A stretch of DNA of 58,389 nt, the filler included, from Circinaria calcarea (lineage: Eukaryota), in assembly GCA_051942165.1 (NCBI GenBank). It is 9 parts of 9 records of this genome, joined end to end, with 100 filler letters (N's around TTAATTAATTAA, not from the genome) between each part and the next. Parts side by side here need not be neighbours in the genome. Positions count along the whole stretch, not along the records: positions 32,537 to 38,931 come from JAVECS010001597.1; positions 39,032 to 45,422 come from JAVECS010001598.1; positions 45,523 to 51,910 come from JAVECS010001599.1; 6 more parts are not named here. The stretch is one strand, 5' to 3'. The position numbers and the translations under genes are program-made. Shown piece by piece: positions 38,789 through 52,010 of the stretch; position 1 is the stretch's first letter; each line of letters begins with the position of its first letter. Below the pieces are notes generated by a model. That model saw only the letters and a list, made by a program, of their open reading frames with translations, did not search any database and was not told where the DNA came from.

Positions 38789-38908
38789 CAGCATACAGCA
38801 TACAGCATACAGCATACAGCATACAGCATACAGCATACAGCATACAACATACAGCATACAGTACAAAGGTACAAAAGTACAAAAGTACAAAAGTACAAAA
38901 GTACAAAA
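38789..38908 (+). repeat. Compound microsatellite (CAGCATA)10 + (GTACAAAA)6 near the contig end
   Basis: Read directly; one variant unit in each array. Confidence 0.95.
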
Positions 38909-39031
38909 TCTCGCACACAATAGAATAATACNNNNNNNNNNNNNNNNNNNNNNNNNNNNNNNNNNNNNNNNNNNNTTAATTAATTAANNNNNNNNNNNNN
39001 NNNNNNNNNNNNNNNNNNNNNNNNNNNNNNN

Positions 39032-39829
39032 ATTGCCTGATCTGCTCTTTGGAGACAATATGCTTCTCTACCTCGCCACTGCTCAGCTGTAACTGATAAC
39101 GGAAATTTGGTAGTGCAGTCTTGACCAGTTCCTCCAACGGTGTGTTGACCTTTGTGGGAGACCAATACGGAGTACAGATGGAGAAGACATGCGATACGAA
39201 AGCCGGGTGCCAAAGTGCCGCTCGGTATACAACCGCTCCTCCCCTATGGCTGGTTAGTCATAGCTCTGAATGAATGATTGGAGTATAATGAATTACCAAT
39301 CGTGGCCGCCCAAGATTACTCGTGAGGTACCGAGCTGCTTCGCTAATTCTTTGATATCATCAGCGGCCCTTTTGAAGCCATAGTTTGACATCGATTCCGG
39401 TGGCACAAGCGGAGCATCCTGAGAAAGCTTCAGTGATAAGGAGGTTGAGTTTAGGGTCGCTTCTGAAATACAGTCCCTCCATAACCCATCATGTCTGGGC
39501 AGACTACCCGGAATCCCATTCCTAGTAGCATGGGAATCTGATATCTCCATCCCACAGACAAATCAGGCCAGCCGTGGACCTTGACTCGAATGTAAGTCCC
39601 AAAACCATTAAAACCCCATTTCATCTTACCAAAATGATGGTATCACAAAATCCTCCTTGAGGCAATCCGAGAAGGTAATCTGAATCTCACCATCAGTACC
39701 CCGCTAGAAATTGACTACATTGAAGCTCTCCTAGGGAGCAGATTGCTCACGGTATGTCCTTCCATTTAAATCCGCTTTGCAGTGGCGGATTCGTGGGTCG
39801 TCAACAGGATCAATCACGTCAATACCCAT
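39032..39829 (-). CDS. Epoxide hydrolase-like alpha/beta-hydrolase; multi-exon, 3' truncated
   Basis: VHGWPDLSVGWRYQIP, PDMMGYG and GGHDW|GG motifs across GT-AG introns. Confidence 0.9.
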
Positions 39830-40410
39830 GTTGAAGAGACGATGGCTGAAGAATATGAAGTCAAATGCAGTTCATCTATGTATGAATTGTTATAGAAGTG
39901 GAAGGGAGCTGTTGTAATTAGCATGTTTGACGGATTTAGTTCCGTCTCAACCAGAGATTTATAAGCCCCACCCCAGTCCACAGTTCCGCTCGATGAATCC
40001 TATTTATAAGCACTGTGCGCCTATCGGGTCAAATCATACGTGTTCGGAATAACTCCGAGGCATAATATAAACTTAGACCTAGCAGCAGGTCTTGTACGGT
40101 TGAGGGTTGAGAAGTTGCGGGACCTCGGGCAGTAACGATCAGGTTTAGAGTGAACAACGATAACAAGAGCATATGACCTTCTAGTATCGGCGATATCAGT
40201 GGCTAGAATTCCCTTAGAAATCTCAAGTGTCGCATTGGACTATGCTTCTCTAGTATTATCTGCCAACAGAGGCTATTGAAGCGATGGTCTTGCACCCGCT
40301 CCAATCGACGCGGAAATGTAACTCGCCAAATGAAATAACCTCCGTCAATGCTGAAAAGCTAGAGAAAGGAAAGTTGTTGGGTACTGAACCAAGAATAAGG
40401 CTGGATTGAG

Positions 40411-41458
40411 TTAGTAAATGACAGTGTCCTCGTCCGCTTCAAACACAACTTCGCCACCATCGTCTCCCTGGTCTTTAGACGTGTAAGTCGCAACATGCGG
40501 TGCTTGAATATCGCCGGTCATAGTAGGACGATCAGGATTAGCAGGTCTCAGTAATGAATCATCGGGCGCTGGCTGGTTAGCTTCTGGACCCACCGTCTCC
40601 AGGTTCTCACTGCTGTGGTGATTTGTAGTAGTATCATTGTCAATAGCCACCGCATCTCTGGTGTCTTCAGATATTTCCTCATCGTTGTATGCGGCAGTTT
40701 CACTATCAATGAGGGCCTCAGCTTCGACGACCTGGGCCGAGATTATATCTTTATCACCAGGTAGGAGCTCCCAGGGCTTGTAGTACTACAACCGAACATT
40801 AGTCAAAACTGACAGGAGTGCGGATAGATAGACTTACCAGTGATGGCTCTGCCTTAGTCTTGAGAAACTGCGCCATGGCTAGGAGGTTGGAATGGCGGAT
40901 CTGCATCTGGAGGAGACGTATTAGGCCGTGGTAAGAAGTTGACTTATGATCCCATCTTTGGACTTACGGATTGCTTATTGTATTTCTTTTGCTCTTGACG
41001 CCGAACATCCAAGAGAGCCTCCAACTTCTGCTTCTTCTTCTCGTCATACTCTTCTGCCTGTGACCTTAGTTTCGCCTGCTGCTTTCTCTCGATGTCTACA
41101 CGACGTTTATGCGCTGTTGAGGATGAGCTCTGTGAGAGGGTACCAAGCAAAGCACCGAACAGTCTCTGCCCTCGCTTGCGTTCCTCCATCTGTCCGCTCT
41201 TTCGCCGCTCCGATACATCGCTTCTCAATGCCAAGGATGGCGATTTGGAATCGGGGCTGTTTTCACTCTTGATCTTGGGCCGCTTTTCGGGACCTTCTGT
41301 AAAAGATGGTAATCGGCGTTTTACAGTCGGCGAAAAAGGCTGATCTACAGGTTCTGGAAGTATGACTGCCGATGCGACGGCCCTATACATAACAGGTGAT
41401 CAGTGAAGCAAAAGTCAGATATGTCGAGGGCAAACAAATACATCTGAGGATCTGCCAT
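40411..41458 (-). CDS. Pinin/SDK/MemA-domain protein, multi-exon
   Basis: ERKRGQRLFGALLGTLSQ..RRVDIERKQQAKLR; MAQFLKTKAEP..YYKPWELLP; C-terminal EADEDTVIY. Confidence 0.82.
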
Positions 41459-41766
41459 CTTACACCGTTTCCGACCACCGCAAGCTGAGATAGATCATCA
41501 GCTTCTAAGAGTACAAACACTGATCGAGAAACGTTGAACGGGTAAACTTTTCGGATAGTACCGCGCTAGTGCACTGGCTTGCATTATCTACATGTCGGAT
41601 TTTCTCTCTCCCGGTTCGCTGCTATATATCAAATCTCTCTGCTTATGAAGGAAGTAAATACTATTACATTGCACAAGGCAAGCCTGAGTCTAAACAAAAT
41701 TCTTTGTATCGTATTACTCGACCGTTACCGAATCCCCTATTATTAAAACCCCTTTGCTTCGTTGAC

Positions 41767-42265
41767 ATGTCTCGCCATCATCCGTGAGTTGTCGCAAAGC
41801 CCATCTGCTCCGATCAGGAAGACTGACAATCAACAGCGATTTAGTGATGTGCCGTAAGCAAGCAGGTATAGCCATAGGGCGCCTCTGCGATAAGTGCGAC
41901 GGTAAATGTCCCGTATGCGACAGCTATGTCCGACCCACAACACTCGTTCGGATCTGCGACGAGTGCTCCTTTGGCAACTATCAAAACAAATGTGTAGTGT
42001 GTGGTGGCGAGGTACGTCTTCGAACAGCGGTGATCGAATGAACATGTTCTAACATAGTTATTTGCTAGGGGATATCAGATGCGTTCTACTGCTTTGAATG
42101 TACACGGCTGGAGAAAGATCGTGACGGGTGCCCTAAGATCATCAATCTTGGCAGCAGTCGGTGAGTGCCTAGACGGACCTCTCTCCGATAGACCCTGCTA
42201 GCGAACGCTAACATATTTGCAGCACGGACTTGTTTTATCAAAAGAAGAATTTTAGAAATCATTAG
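41767..42265 (+). CDS. RDS3: SF3b component Rds3/PHF5A (Ini1), 4 exons
   Basis: [85 protein letters not shown]. Confidence 0.96.
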
Positions 42266-43272
42266 TTGGCCTTTCACGTCCATCTAATGCGATGCCTACC
42301 TCGAGGAAGTTTTGGCCTATCGACTTACAGTAATCGTATGTTCAGGCGCTCCGGCCGTGGTGATGTACTCCTTGGAGAATCAGTTTAACTCCCTGCATGC
42401 GATTCTAAATCAAGTCGTCATTGCAGAGGCGAGGAAAGACGATAGAGAGGATGTCCGTGGGAGCAATCAGTCCTTCTACATTGATACAGGGCGCTAGGGA
42501 GAATGCAATGCTCCATTTGGAATGCGAAGGGTCTGCTATTACAATCGAAGAGAGCATCTAGCGGCTATGCTAACAAATATAATTAGTGGATATTACTTTC
42601 CTCGGGCGGCACGTTCAAGCTATATGTCGCCATTAATACTTAAAGTCTTCATTGGAAACCACGTTTAGAATTCGGTTGGAGAGAGGTCATAGAAGGAACC
42701 TTCAATATTACGCCTCAAGCTCACATGTACGGTAACTGAATGAGAAATTATACGGGGTCTACTTCAGTACAAATTTTAATAGTCGACGCTAAACGATGGT
42801 GGATGGAAACCTTGATTACATCGCCCAGTGCAAGGCTGCTATTTTGGCAGGCTGGCTACAGAAGTTGGTAGCACTTAACCACGGATCTGTACTCAACTTG
42901 CATATGCGAAAAGCGATGGATTGCGCCTGGGATTTTCAGATCGTAGCCAGTGAATTTGTAGCTGAAGTGCTCAGCACTTTCTACAGAATTAGGGTTACTT
43001 TGGTGGAGGGCTAGATATTGATATTACCCTCCGAACCTTGGTCGTCTTTACCTCTGTACAGTACCTTTTGGTTAAGCCCACCGTTACGAACAGTTAACCG
43101 ATCATCTGGTTACTGCAGTCATTTTATCTAAGTTTGACATGCAAGGTAGCAGTCATTGCAGAGTCAACTTGTTGTACGGCAAATTTTATCATAATTAGAC
43201 CGGATCCCACCAGATATTTGAAGTTAGATCTAAAGAAGTATGCTCGAGAACGTCGCTTCACTATCCCTATTT

Positions 43273-44716
43273 TCATATGTAGCTAACTTTAACCCCCATA
43301 CCCACAGTCCCTCTGACCTTCTCCCACCCTATTGCCGTAATCCTGCTAACCCTCTCTCGAACGTCACGCCTGCTAAATGCTAGTATCACGCCTACGAGGA
43401 ACATAATAGTCCTTAAGAGCACCGTAGGGTTTTGGGACATAGATCGCTTGATTTTGAGTATGATGTGTTGCAAAGTGACGAGCACAGCCAGACCACGTGT
43501 GTAAAAGCCTTCCGTGGGTAGCTTGTTCGGGGTTGAAGAAGGGCGAACAGTCGGTGAGAGCTTGGTACGACTTGAGTGCGGTGGTTGCGGGGTTTTGGGA
43601 TTAACACTGCCGTTTGGTTTCGTTTCGCTCTTGGTAGTAGAAGGTCCTTCAAGCCCATAGTCTTTCTCACTATCCGATCTTCTATGACTTCCAGATGCTG
43701 GATCAGTGCCTGGAAGATGCCGTCGAACGGGGGCAGTATCGAACTTTCGATGATCTTTTGGCTGCTCGTCTTGTTCAGTTTCGCAGTTTCGTTCTTTGAG
43801 AATGGTTGCTTCGTGGGCAACATCCCTGTTCTTCTCGGCCTGTAAGGTCTGCAGAGTCTGAGAGAACACTTCTCTTGTTTCGTCGTCTAATACCTGACTC
43901 ATCGCAATAAACTCCTCAGCATATTGCCACTCTTCATTGAGGGGTAGAACGTGGAGAGTGTATAACTCCAGTATCTTGATCCGCAAATTGAGATCACGGG
44001 GTGTATCAGTAGCGTTCCTAACCGAGGGTTGAACTTGCCATTCTATAGAGTCAACAACAGAATATTTGAATCGGTCTGTAGGGTCAACACCGGGCTGACT
44101 GGATGCTGAGAGGTACGACTCTAGGCGTTGCTGATTGTGAATTTGCGACGTCGACTGGGCGAGTAGTAGCGTTGCACTGTAAATGATCAGCCTCAATGAG
44201 GCCAAAGCAGTATAGCTCAAGTACCTACAGGCTGATTACCACTTCGGCGTCGACATCTCCTTCGATGCCTTTATATCCAGTCCGCACTACCTCCTCCCAA
44301 ATCGTCCCGTCTCGGACCATGGCCACGAGCCTTGTCCATTCTCTGCTCCCAAACGTATTTTTCCCATGCTCGGGACCAAGATCTATAATCGAGCTGAGTA
44401 GAGTAAGGTAGAGACTCCAGACTTTGATTCTGATTTTCCGGCTTGCTCCAGCGATCAGAGGCCTTTGCTCGCACCTCGCGTCACCTTGAGTTGTGTTCCT
44501 GAAGTGGTCCGGGGCCAAAATAAGTTCGAGCGTTGAGAAGGCCTCGAATAGACGTCGTGTAAGGAAGAGCTCTGACGCCTGCTTGTAAGTTCTTGAGATC
44601 AATGAGTTCACGCGTTTTGAGGACGCAGATAAAATCGAGCCATCAACCAGTTGAGAAGAACCGATGGGTTCTTTCATGTTGTCAAATAGAACAATGCTGG
44701 TTGATAATCCGTTCAT
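43273..44716 (-). CDS. PEX26: Peroxin Pex26, 2 exons (start codon uncertain)
   Basis: TYKQASELFLTRR; RIKVWSLY; VDAEVVISL|ATLLL; RIKILELYTLHVLP..EW.YA.EFI; C-terminal KVRGTVGMGVKVSYI. Confidence 0.85.
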
Positions 44717-45344
44717 GGCCACATTCCAAGTGCTTTCAATGGACCTATTCTAGTTGCAGAGCCTCGGCATGGATCCCGCATCAGTACCCCGGATTTCCCA
44801 ACAGTCAGCCTGGCTTAGCGTGTCAATCCACTGTGGGGATCGCCAGTGTTTCCCTATTCATCCCACATCCCTCCAAACACCGTAAGAGCAATGGACTCCA
44901 TTACATTTCTCCGATTTTCCTTCACAACCCATCACCGTAATGAATTCGGGGATAATGAAATAAGCCTTCCACGCATCACTGTCAAGGAGAAAACGCAACC
45001 TGGCCGGACACCTACTCACGCCAGAGTAAGGTCAGGTGCAATCAGCAACCAACACAAACATTATCTTCTGGAGCTTGGTCACGTCTGCTGTTCACCTGCA
45101 GCGCCATATCTCTCATTTCTCTTTGTTTACAACTCACAGTTTACTTATGACAGAACCGGAAGGCCATTGCCCGACCTCGGAAGCTCACCACCAATAGAGC
45201 CTATCTGTGTTGGTGCCCAAACTGTAGATAAGCAAGGCATCGCACGCAATTTCTAGCTTGGAAGGTGTTAACGTTGATATTCGGAAGAATGAAAGGCGCA
45301 ACATAGGAGATTTTTGGACACGGTCACCTGCTTCTTCCGGCAGA

Positions 45345-45422
45345 ATGGACGTCGACCAGAGGGCCTTCTCGTGGCAACTTCCACGTATACTGAAGGCCAT
45401 TGCCAATGCCCATTTTGTCTCT
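45345..45422 (+). CDS. Start of a CAF1/PARN-family ribonuclease (truncated by contig end)
   Basis: MDVDQRAFSWQLPRILKAIANAHFVS resembles the PARN N-terminus just before the D-x-E motif; only 26 codons visible. Confidence 0.6.
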
Positions 45423-46211
45423 NNNNNNNNNNNNNNNNNNNNNNNNNNNNNNNNNNNNNNNNNNNNTTAATTAATTAANNNNNNNNNNNNNNNNNNNNNN
45501 NNNNNNNNNNNNNNNNNNNNNNCCTTGGCCCCGGGCCCCCTCTCCCAAACCCGCAAACCCCCTCAACAAAACAAACGATAAAAAAATGAGTAGGGAGAAA
45601 AAACAGGGTTGGTGTTATCGAGAGGTTTGGCTCGGAGCGGGATACGGAGTCAGATCAGATTGGGGAGGTTGGAGATGGGAGATTAAATATTGGGGATTGG
45701 ATATTGGGGGTTGGATATTCTTAGAGAGGTAAGAGGGGGAAACGGGAGGAGGAAGGGATAAGGGTGTTGGATTGGGGTATGGGGTGTATTTCAGTTTGGA
45801 GTGTTGTGTTCATTGTTTTTCTCCCTTCTGTTGGGAGCCAGGGGAGGAGTGTGAATGGTAGAGCACAGAGTGATGGAGAAGAAGTTTGGGAATGAGTATT
45901 GTTCCGTCTTCAGAAGGGGGTGGGGGGGGGGGACATTAGAATCTGAGTTTGATTTTAGCTGTGAGGAGGAGTGGAGTATGCTATTCTCGATTCTTTTGTA
46001 CAAGAAAATCCCTTTGACCTCGCTTTGGCAATGGAACATTATAGACAAGGCCTGATAAACAGCGCTAAGCTGGCATACGGTACTCCTATTTCCCATGATG
46101 CAGAAAGACCTGACCCCTGCCCGTTCCTTCCAAATGCAGGGTACCTCTAACTGACTTCTTTCATTGTATATGGGTATGTTATACATCCAGCGAGGGTCCC
46201 AAATTCACAAC

Positions 46212-48763
46212 TTACTTTTTATTCTTCTCGGCCAGCTGTTTCTCATGTGCTGCAATGAGCTCTTGCCTAGATATCAGGTCAGCCATTATAAGACAGCAGC
46301 AGAGATTGGACCGAATACGTACTGCAGTTGCGGAAGCGCAGCGGCGTAATGTGAGAATTCCATGGAGAACTCGCCCTTTCCTTGTGTGGCTGCTCGCAAT
46401 TGACTCGAAAAACCAAACATGCTATTGAGACTGCAGTCTGCGTAAAGAGAAAAGTCCTCTGGGCCATTCTCCGTGTCGTTGATGATCGCGTTTCTTTTGT
46501 TCAGTAGTCCAACAATGTTGCCTTGAAACTCATTCGGTGCGGTAATCGTCGTTTTCATGACCGGTTCCAGTATCTGCGGTTTGCCCTTTTTGAAAGCATT
46601 CCTAAATGCCTGCTGAGTAGCGTTCTTGAATGCCATCTCCGATGAATCGGTCATGTGGGTAGCACCATCGTTAACAACCATTCTCGTGCCAAGAACCCGA
46701 TGACCAACAAGTGGACCTTTCTCACAAGATGCTTGGAAGCCCTTGTCACAGGCGTAGAGGAATTTCTCGGAAATGGAACCACCACTGACTTGCTCCTCGA
46801 ATTCGTTGGCTTGTACGGTCCCGGTAGGTTCCATCCAACCCATGACCCTAGCATAATCACCAGCTCCACCACTCTGCTTCTTCAACAGATGATCAAAGTC
46901 TACCTTTTCGGTAATGGTTTCACGATATGCAACTTGAGGCTGCCCGGTAACACATTCGACCTTGTATTCCCGACGCATACGTTCGACATAAATGTCAAGA
47001 TGTAACTCTCCCATTCCTGAGATGATAGTTTCTTGACTCTCCGAATCGACGTGAACTCGGAAGGTAGGATCTTCGCGCTGAAAGCGAGACATGGCTTTTG
47101 AAAAGTTGGCAGTGTCTTTGTTGTTCTTTGGCTTAATCGAAAGGGATATGACAGGTTCGGGGACAAACATGGAAGTCATCGAGTATCCTAGAGTACCATC
47201 CGTAAAGGTATCTCCAGAGGCACAATCAATGCCAAACACTGCGCATATCTCCCCGGCTCCAATCTCGGTGACATCTTCCATCTCATTGGAATGCATGCGC
47301 ACGATACGAGGTACCTTGACCTTCTTATTTGTCCGTGCATTAAAGACATAGGCACTCTTCTTCAGCGAGCCCTGGTAAACCCGAATATAGGTAAGTTGAC
47401 CAAAATTGCTTTCTTCCAATTTGAAGGCTAAACCGACAAAAGGCAGGGAATTGTAGGAGACAAGCTTGACAGATGCTTCGTCTCGCCGCCTATCAAGGGC
47501 AAGGTTCTCTACCTCGGCGGGATTGGGTAAGTAGTCACAGACTCCATCCAGCATCGGTTGCACGGATTTATCTGCAAGAGCAGAGCCCATAAAGACTGGA
47601 GTAAATTTGAGTGATATGGTAGCTCTCCGGATAGCAGCCTTTAATTGTTCCATTGTGGGTGTCTGCTCTTCGAGGAAGATTTCTGCAATCTCATCATCAA
47701 CGTCTGCAAGGGTTTCGATCAACTTCTTCCTCCTCTGCTCGACAAGCGATCTCACACTCTCGGGGATCTCATCTGATTCGACAATGCTCTCACCCTTCAG
47801 CCCTTGATTGTATATGGCCTTCATCCGGATCAGATCAACCACACCCCCAAAAGTATCTTCTGACCCTATTGGCACTTGTACAGCTGCGGCATGTATCTTG
47901 AGTTTTTGGTTTATCTGGTCAATGGCCTTGAACGGATTTGCTCCCATTCGGTCCATTTTGTTGACAAAGGATATTCGAGGGACATTGTATCGTTTCATTT
48001 GCCTGTCTACTGTGATTGTCTGAGATTGCACTCCAGAGACCGCACAAAGAATCATGACTGCCCCATCCAGAACACGGAGAGCTCGCTCGACCTCAATAGT
48101 AAAATCAATGTGTCCGGGCGTGTCGATTAGATTGATGTGGTATGTCTCCTGCTTGCCATCTTCTACCTTTACCCAATCACAAAATGTAGCGGCCGACTGG
48201 ATCGTGATGCCCTTTTCTCTTTCCAAATCCATCGAGTCCATTTTTGCCCCGACGGCATCTTTTCCACGGACTTCGTGTATCGATTTGATGCGACCAGTGT
48301 AATATAAAACACGCTCCGTAGCAGTGGTTTTGCCACTATCGATGTGAGCCTGGAACTGTTAATAGAATGCCTTGATTCTCCAGGACTATTGTAGCTTACA
48401 GCTATTCCAATGTTTCGAATACGAGAAAGTCGCGCGGCCTCTTGAGGAGCTAGATTCTCGATAATGGTTTGTTGCGCAAGGTTTTCAGGTTCCGCTGCTT
48501 GCTGGAGTCTATTGCTGTTAGATTGAAGTTCTGCGAGGATCCTCAAAATAGTCAAAGACATACACAGCAGCAGCGGCGCTGGATTGGGGACGTCGGCCTT
48601 GCCATCGCCTATCTAATGGCCATCTTCGTGGTTGTAATCGCTGTGGAGCTAAACATGAAATACATCGGGGCGCATTGAGGCAGGCCGGTCGAGGGAGGCA
48701 GGATGATTGACGCAATGACCGCAGTAGAGTTCTCTGGTATTTAAGAGCAAAATTGGATTGCAT
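46212..48763 (-). CDS. MEF1: Mitochondrial elongation factor G1, 4 exons
   Basis: Arg-rich presequence; [54 protein letters not shown]; last exon [17 protein letters not shown]. Confidence 0.96.
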
Positions 48764-49200
48764 GGCTACGCCAGTATGTTCGAAAGGAAGCAGTCTCGCA
48801 GTCACTGCAACTGGGCTTAGACAGGATTGTCCTCGTCCATAACTTTTTCAGCCCTGTAGGTATTCAATGAACCAATGTAGCCTAGTACCATATGGTACAC
48901 CCAGAGCCCTTGTACAGGGATTGCATTCCTAAAGTCCGAGTGTACTGGTATCTCCGGATTTCGCTCTTTGTCCCCTCCACTGTCAGAGGAGATTCCTTTT
49001 CATATTCACTACACTTGAAAGTAGGGAGGATTCTCCTGTTTACATACTCCATCGCCTCAAACTACCCCTAGATTGAAAAGTCCCTCCCTCGAAAGATCGA
49101 TCAAGTCACTCGGGCAAAAATAAAACCATCAGATCTCCCCTGTAATATCGGCAAAATAAAACAATGTTCTGCCTGAGACAGATGATGGCTTTGAAAAGCA

Positions 49201-49287
49201 CTCCTCGACGGGGAATCGAACCCCGGTCTCCCGCGACTCGACAAACGGGTTGACAAGCGGAAATCATAGCCACTAGACCATCGGGGA
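49201..49287 (-). tRNA. tRNA-Asp(GTC) with a 15-nt intron (49236-49250)
   Basis: TCCCCGATGGTCTAGTGGCTATGATTTCCGCTT-GTC-A[intron]CGCGGGAGACCGGGGTTCGATTCCCCGTCGAGGAG; A and B boxes; TTTT downstream. Confidence 0.93.
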
Positions 49288-50256
49288 AATATTGAATCAT
49301 ATTTATTTCAATCTTATAGTGTTATATATTGGTATTATATGAATGACCTGCTGCGACTGCACGTTCTGTTCCCTTCCTGGTATCACAACTACGCGTAGTT
49401 TCACTGTACTTTGAAGCATCTCGACAACAGATGACTGCTTCTCAAGTGTCCTCTAATTGCAAGATCAATCATGTTATTCTACTGTTTTGGACAGGCCTCA
49501 ACTCTGCTCAATCTATCATATTTCATCAACTGGCTTAAAGCTTAGAATAAGCTACTCCGCATATTTTCTAGAATCCCTCGTCCCTACAATGAGCAGCGCA
49601 GGTGGGAGGTGAGCACTCTAAATTTAATGCTACTGCTTCGTCCTGATAGAGCATATCCTTGGACGTTCTGCTCAACGGTTCCTGTTTAGCATAGTCATCA
49701 AGCTATCAAGTTGATTGCTTGTTTCTGCAAGTGACCCGACTAGCGACGGAGCAAACAAGACCTACCAAGGTCTTGCCTGTATTTAACCACTCGGGCATTT
49801 TGACCGCCCGGCCATTAGCCTAAATAGAAGGCCTAGTGCAGGAGCAAACAGTAATCTCAGCGCGTGGCGTCTAAAAGCACAAATCGGAGCCCGCTCTCTT
49901 CCATGGATGGCTTCACTCAGGAGTAAAGGGAGCGCCTATCGACACAAAGCCCGACTTCGACCTCGTCAAGCAGGATAGAATTATTACGTAGTCCTGTGGG
50001 TATAGCAATATCTTAACGATATTCAACCGATTAGCCGGAGGGGATACAGTCAATTTTGCGTCAACACGAGTTAGTATCCCACATCGATAGGTCCATATTT
50101 CGCTTAAACATGGAATTTTGAGAGAGCACTGCCCATCGGAAAGCAAGTACACCAAGCAAACATATTCTGGAACTTATTAGTGAGCATCTTTTGCACCAGG
50201 TTCAATTGTGCTGACCGCACTACCAATTCTACACCGATAAAGGTCATCTAATAAAG

Positions 50257-51279
50257 ATGCCTCCCAAAGTAAGGATTACTGCTAAAGGCAAGAGCTGGTG
50301 TCCGGCTACTGATCAGGCGTGTAGCTCGATGGCGACAACAAGGATACAACGGCGGTGAATGCTCCACAGACTGAGCTAGTAGACAGTCTTGCGTTGTAAG
50401 TGATTGCTCCTCACTTCATTATGCCTACGTCTTCTATATGCTCGAGAGAGTATCAACATGATTACGGTTTCTGCAATACCCCCTTCTTTATATAATACTA
50501 CAAAACCCGGTTGGCAATAGGATAATCTATGTATGTTAACCTTGAGCCCTTAGGCTTAGGAAAACTGTCAAATACCACGACCTTGTCATCCACTGTGGAG
50601 ATCAAGAATGGAAAGCTCACCGTGTGATCGTCTGTTCACGGTCAAAATTCTTCGACAAAGCCTGCGATGGGACATTCAAGGTAGTAACCCCATCCACGTC
50701 CTCACCATTCAAAGCACTAAACAACCCGCGGTATGCCAGGAGGGCAAAACCGGCGAAGTTAACCTCGTGGAAGACGAGCCCGAGATGATCGACCGGATGC
50801 TCGACTATCTCTACCGCCTCGACTACAGCGATCTAGTCCCGCCAACCCTCAACATGTCCGAGGGCCGCTTAATCGTCAATGCCCGCATGTACGCCCTCGC
50901 CGACAAGTACGAGATCTGGGCTCTCAAGGAGCTTGCGAAGCAGAAATCAATTAATGCCTTGGAGGAAGACTGGAGCGGCGAGAGCTTCCTGACGGCTTTA
51001 GAGATTGTCTGGACGACGACGCCGTATTCGGACCGGGGACTCCGCGACTGCTTCCTCACTGCGATTACCACCCACAAGCTGGATTTGTACAAGAGGGAGG
51101 GTTTCATGGAGGCTGTGAGAGCGGTGGACGAATTGGCAGCGGATATTGTCGATGTGGAATGGAAGGGCAGCGGATCGATTCCGAGCATGTTGTTCTGCAA
51201 TTATTGCAAAGCGAATCGGAATGTGCGGTGCAGTTGTACCCAATGCGGTCAGATGCAGTTGGCACCCTTTAAGCACTAG
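50257..51279 (+). CDS. BTB/POZ-domain protein, 4 exons, with a Cys-rich tail
   Basis: YHDLVIHCGDQEWKAHRVIVCSRSKFFDKACDGTFK|EGKTGEVNLVEDEP..MLDYLYRLDY..MYALADKYEI..DRGLRD; tail CNYC..CTQC. Confidence 0.88.
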
Positions 51280-52010
51280 GATTACTGTACTACTCGACAA
51301 GGTCGGTGCAGCATCCATCTCCCATCTTTACTTCACAGGGGAATGAACCTACCCCACCTGAATTCTCACCTCCCCTTGCTTTCCCTCCCTCCCATATCCT
51401 CGTTCTCCCCACCACCCTATCTGCCTTCCAGCCTCTCCCCGAAATCTCAACATATATCAACCCCGCGGACTAGCGGATCGAGTAAACCCGAACTAGACCA
51501 TCTATGCGTGTAAGAGCATCAAGTAAAAAGTCACCAGACGCTTTCCCGCTTAGAAGCTTGTGACCGGTTCGGCGACTTTTGCGCCATTCTATACGTACCA
51601 GTAGCCGGTACATACACCAAAAAATAAAAAAGGAGAGAAAAAAAAAGGGAAAATCCCACCGTAGCAGCGCGGCTCGCTCGCTCGCTCGCTCATGTTCAAA
51701 AAAGACCCTAATTCACTTCACTTCAACAAGGGACTAGAGGCTAGAGGCTAGAGAGGCAGGCAGAGCACTCACTTCTCTGGGCCACCACCTACCATAAGCA
51801 GGGGGCGGCGGCCGGCCTTTTTTCATTACATACAAATTAGTGGAAAGTATTTTTATTTGAAAAAAAAACCCCCCGATAAACTCCTCCTGAGCCGCCCCCC
51901 CCTTTTATATNNNNNNNNNNNNNNNNNNNNNNNNNNNNNNNNNNNNNNNNNNNNTTAATTAATTAANNNNNNNNNNNNNNNNNNNNNNNNNNNNNNNNNN
52001 NNNNNNNNNN

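Noticed and set aside
38671..38987. Repetitive ORFs (CCMLYAV.., HTAYSIQ..) and possible CRISPR-like periodicity
   Set aside because: These are translations of simple microsatellites with no spacers; the same applies to the 54-254 ORF over (GACGAAA)n.
42989..42997. TTAGGGTTA (TAACCCTAA on the minus strand), like a telomerase RNA template or telomere seed
   Set aside because: A single 9-mer in a ~1-kb gap between convergent genes; little room for a Pezizomycotina telomerase RNA and no supporting elements seen.
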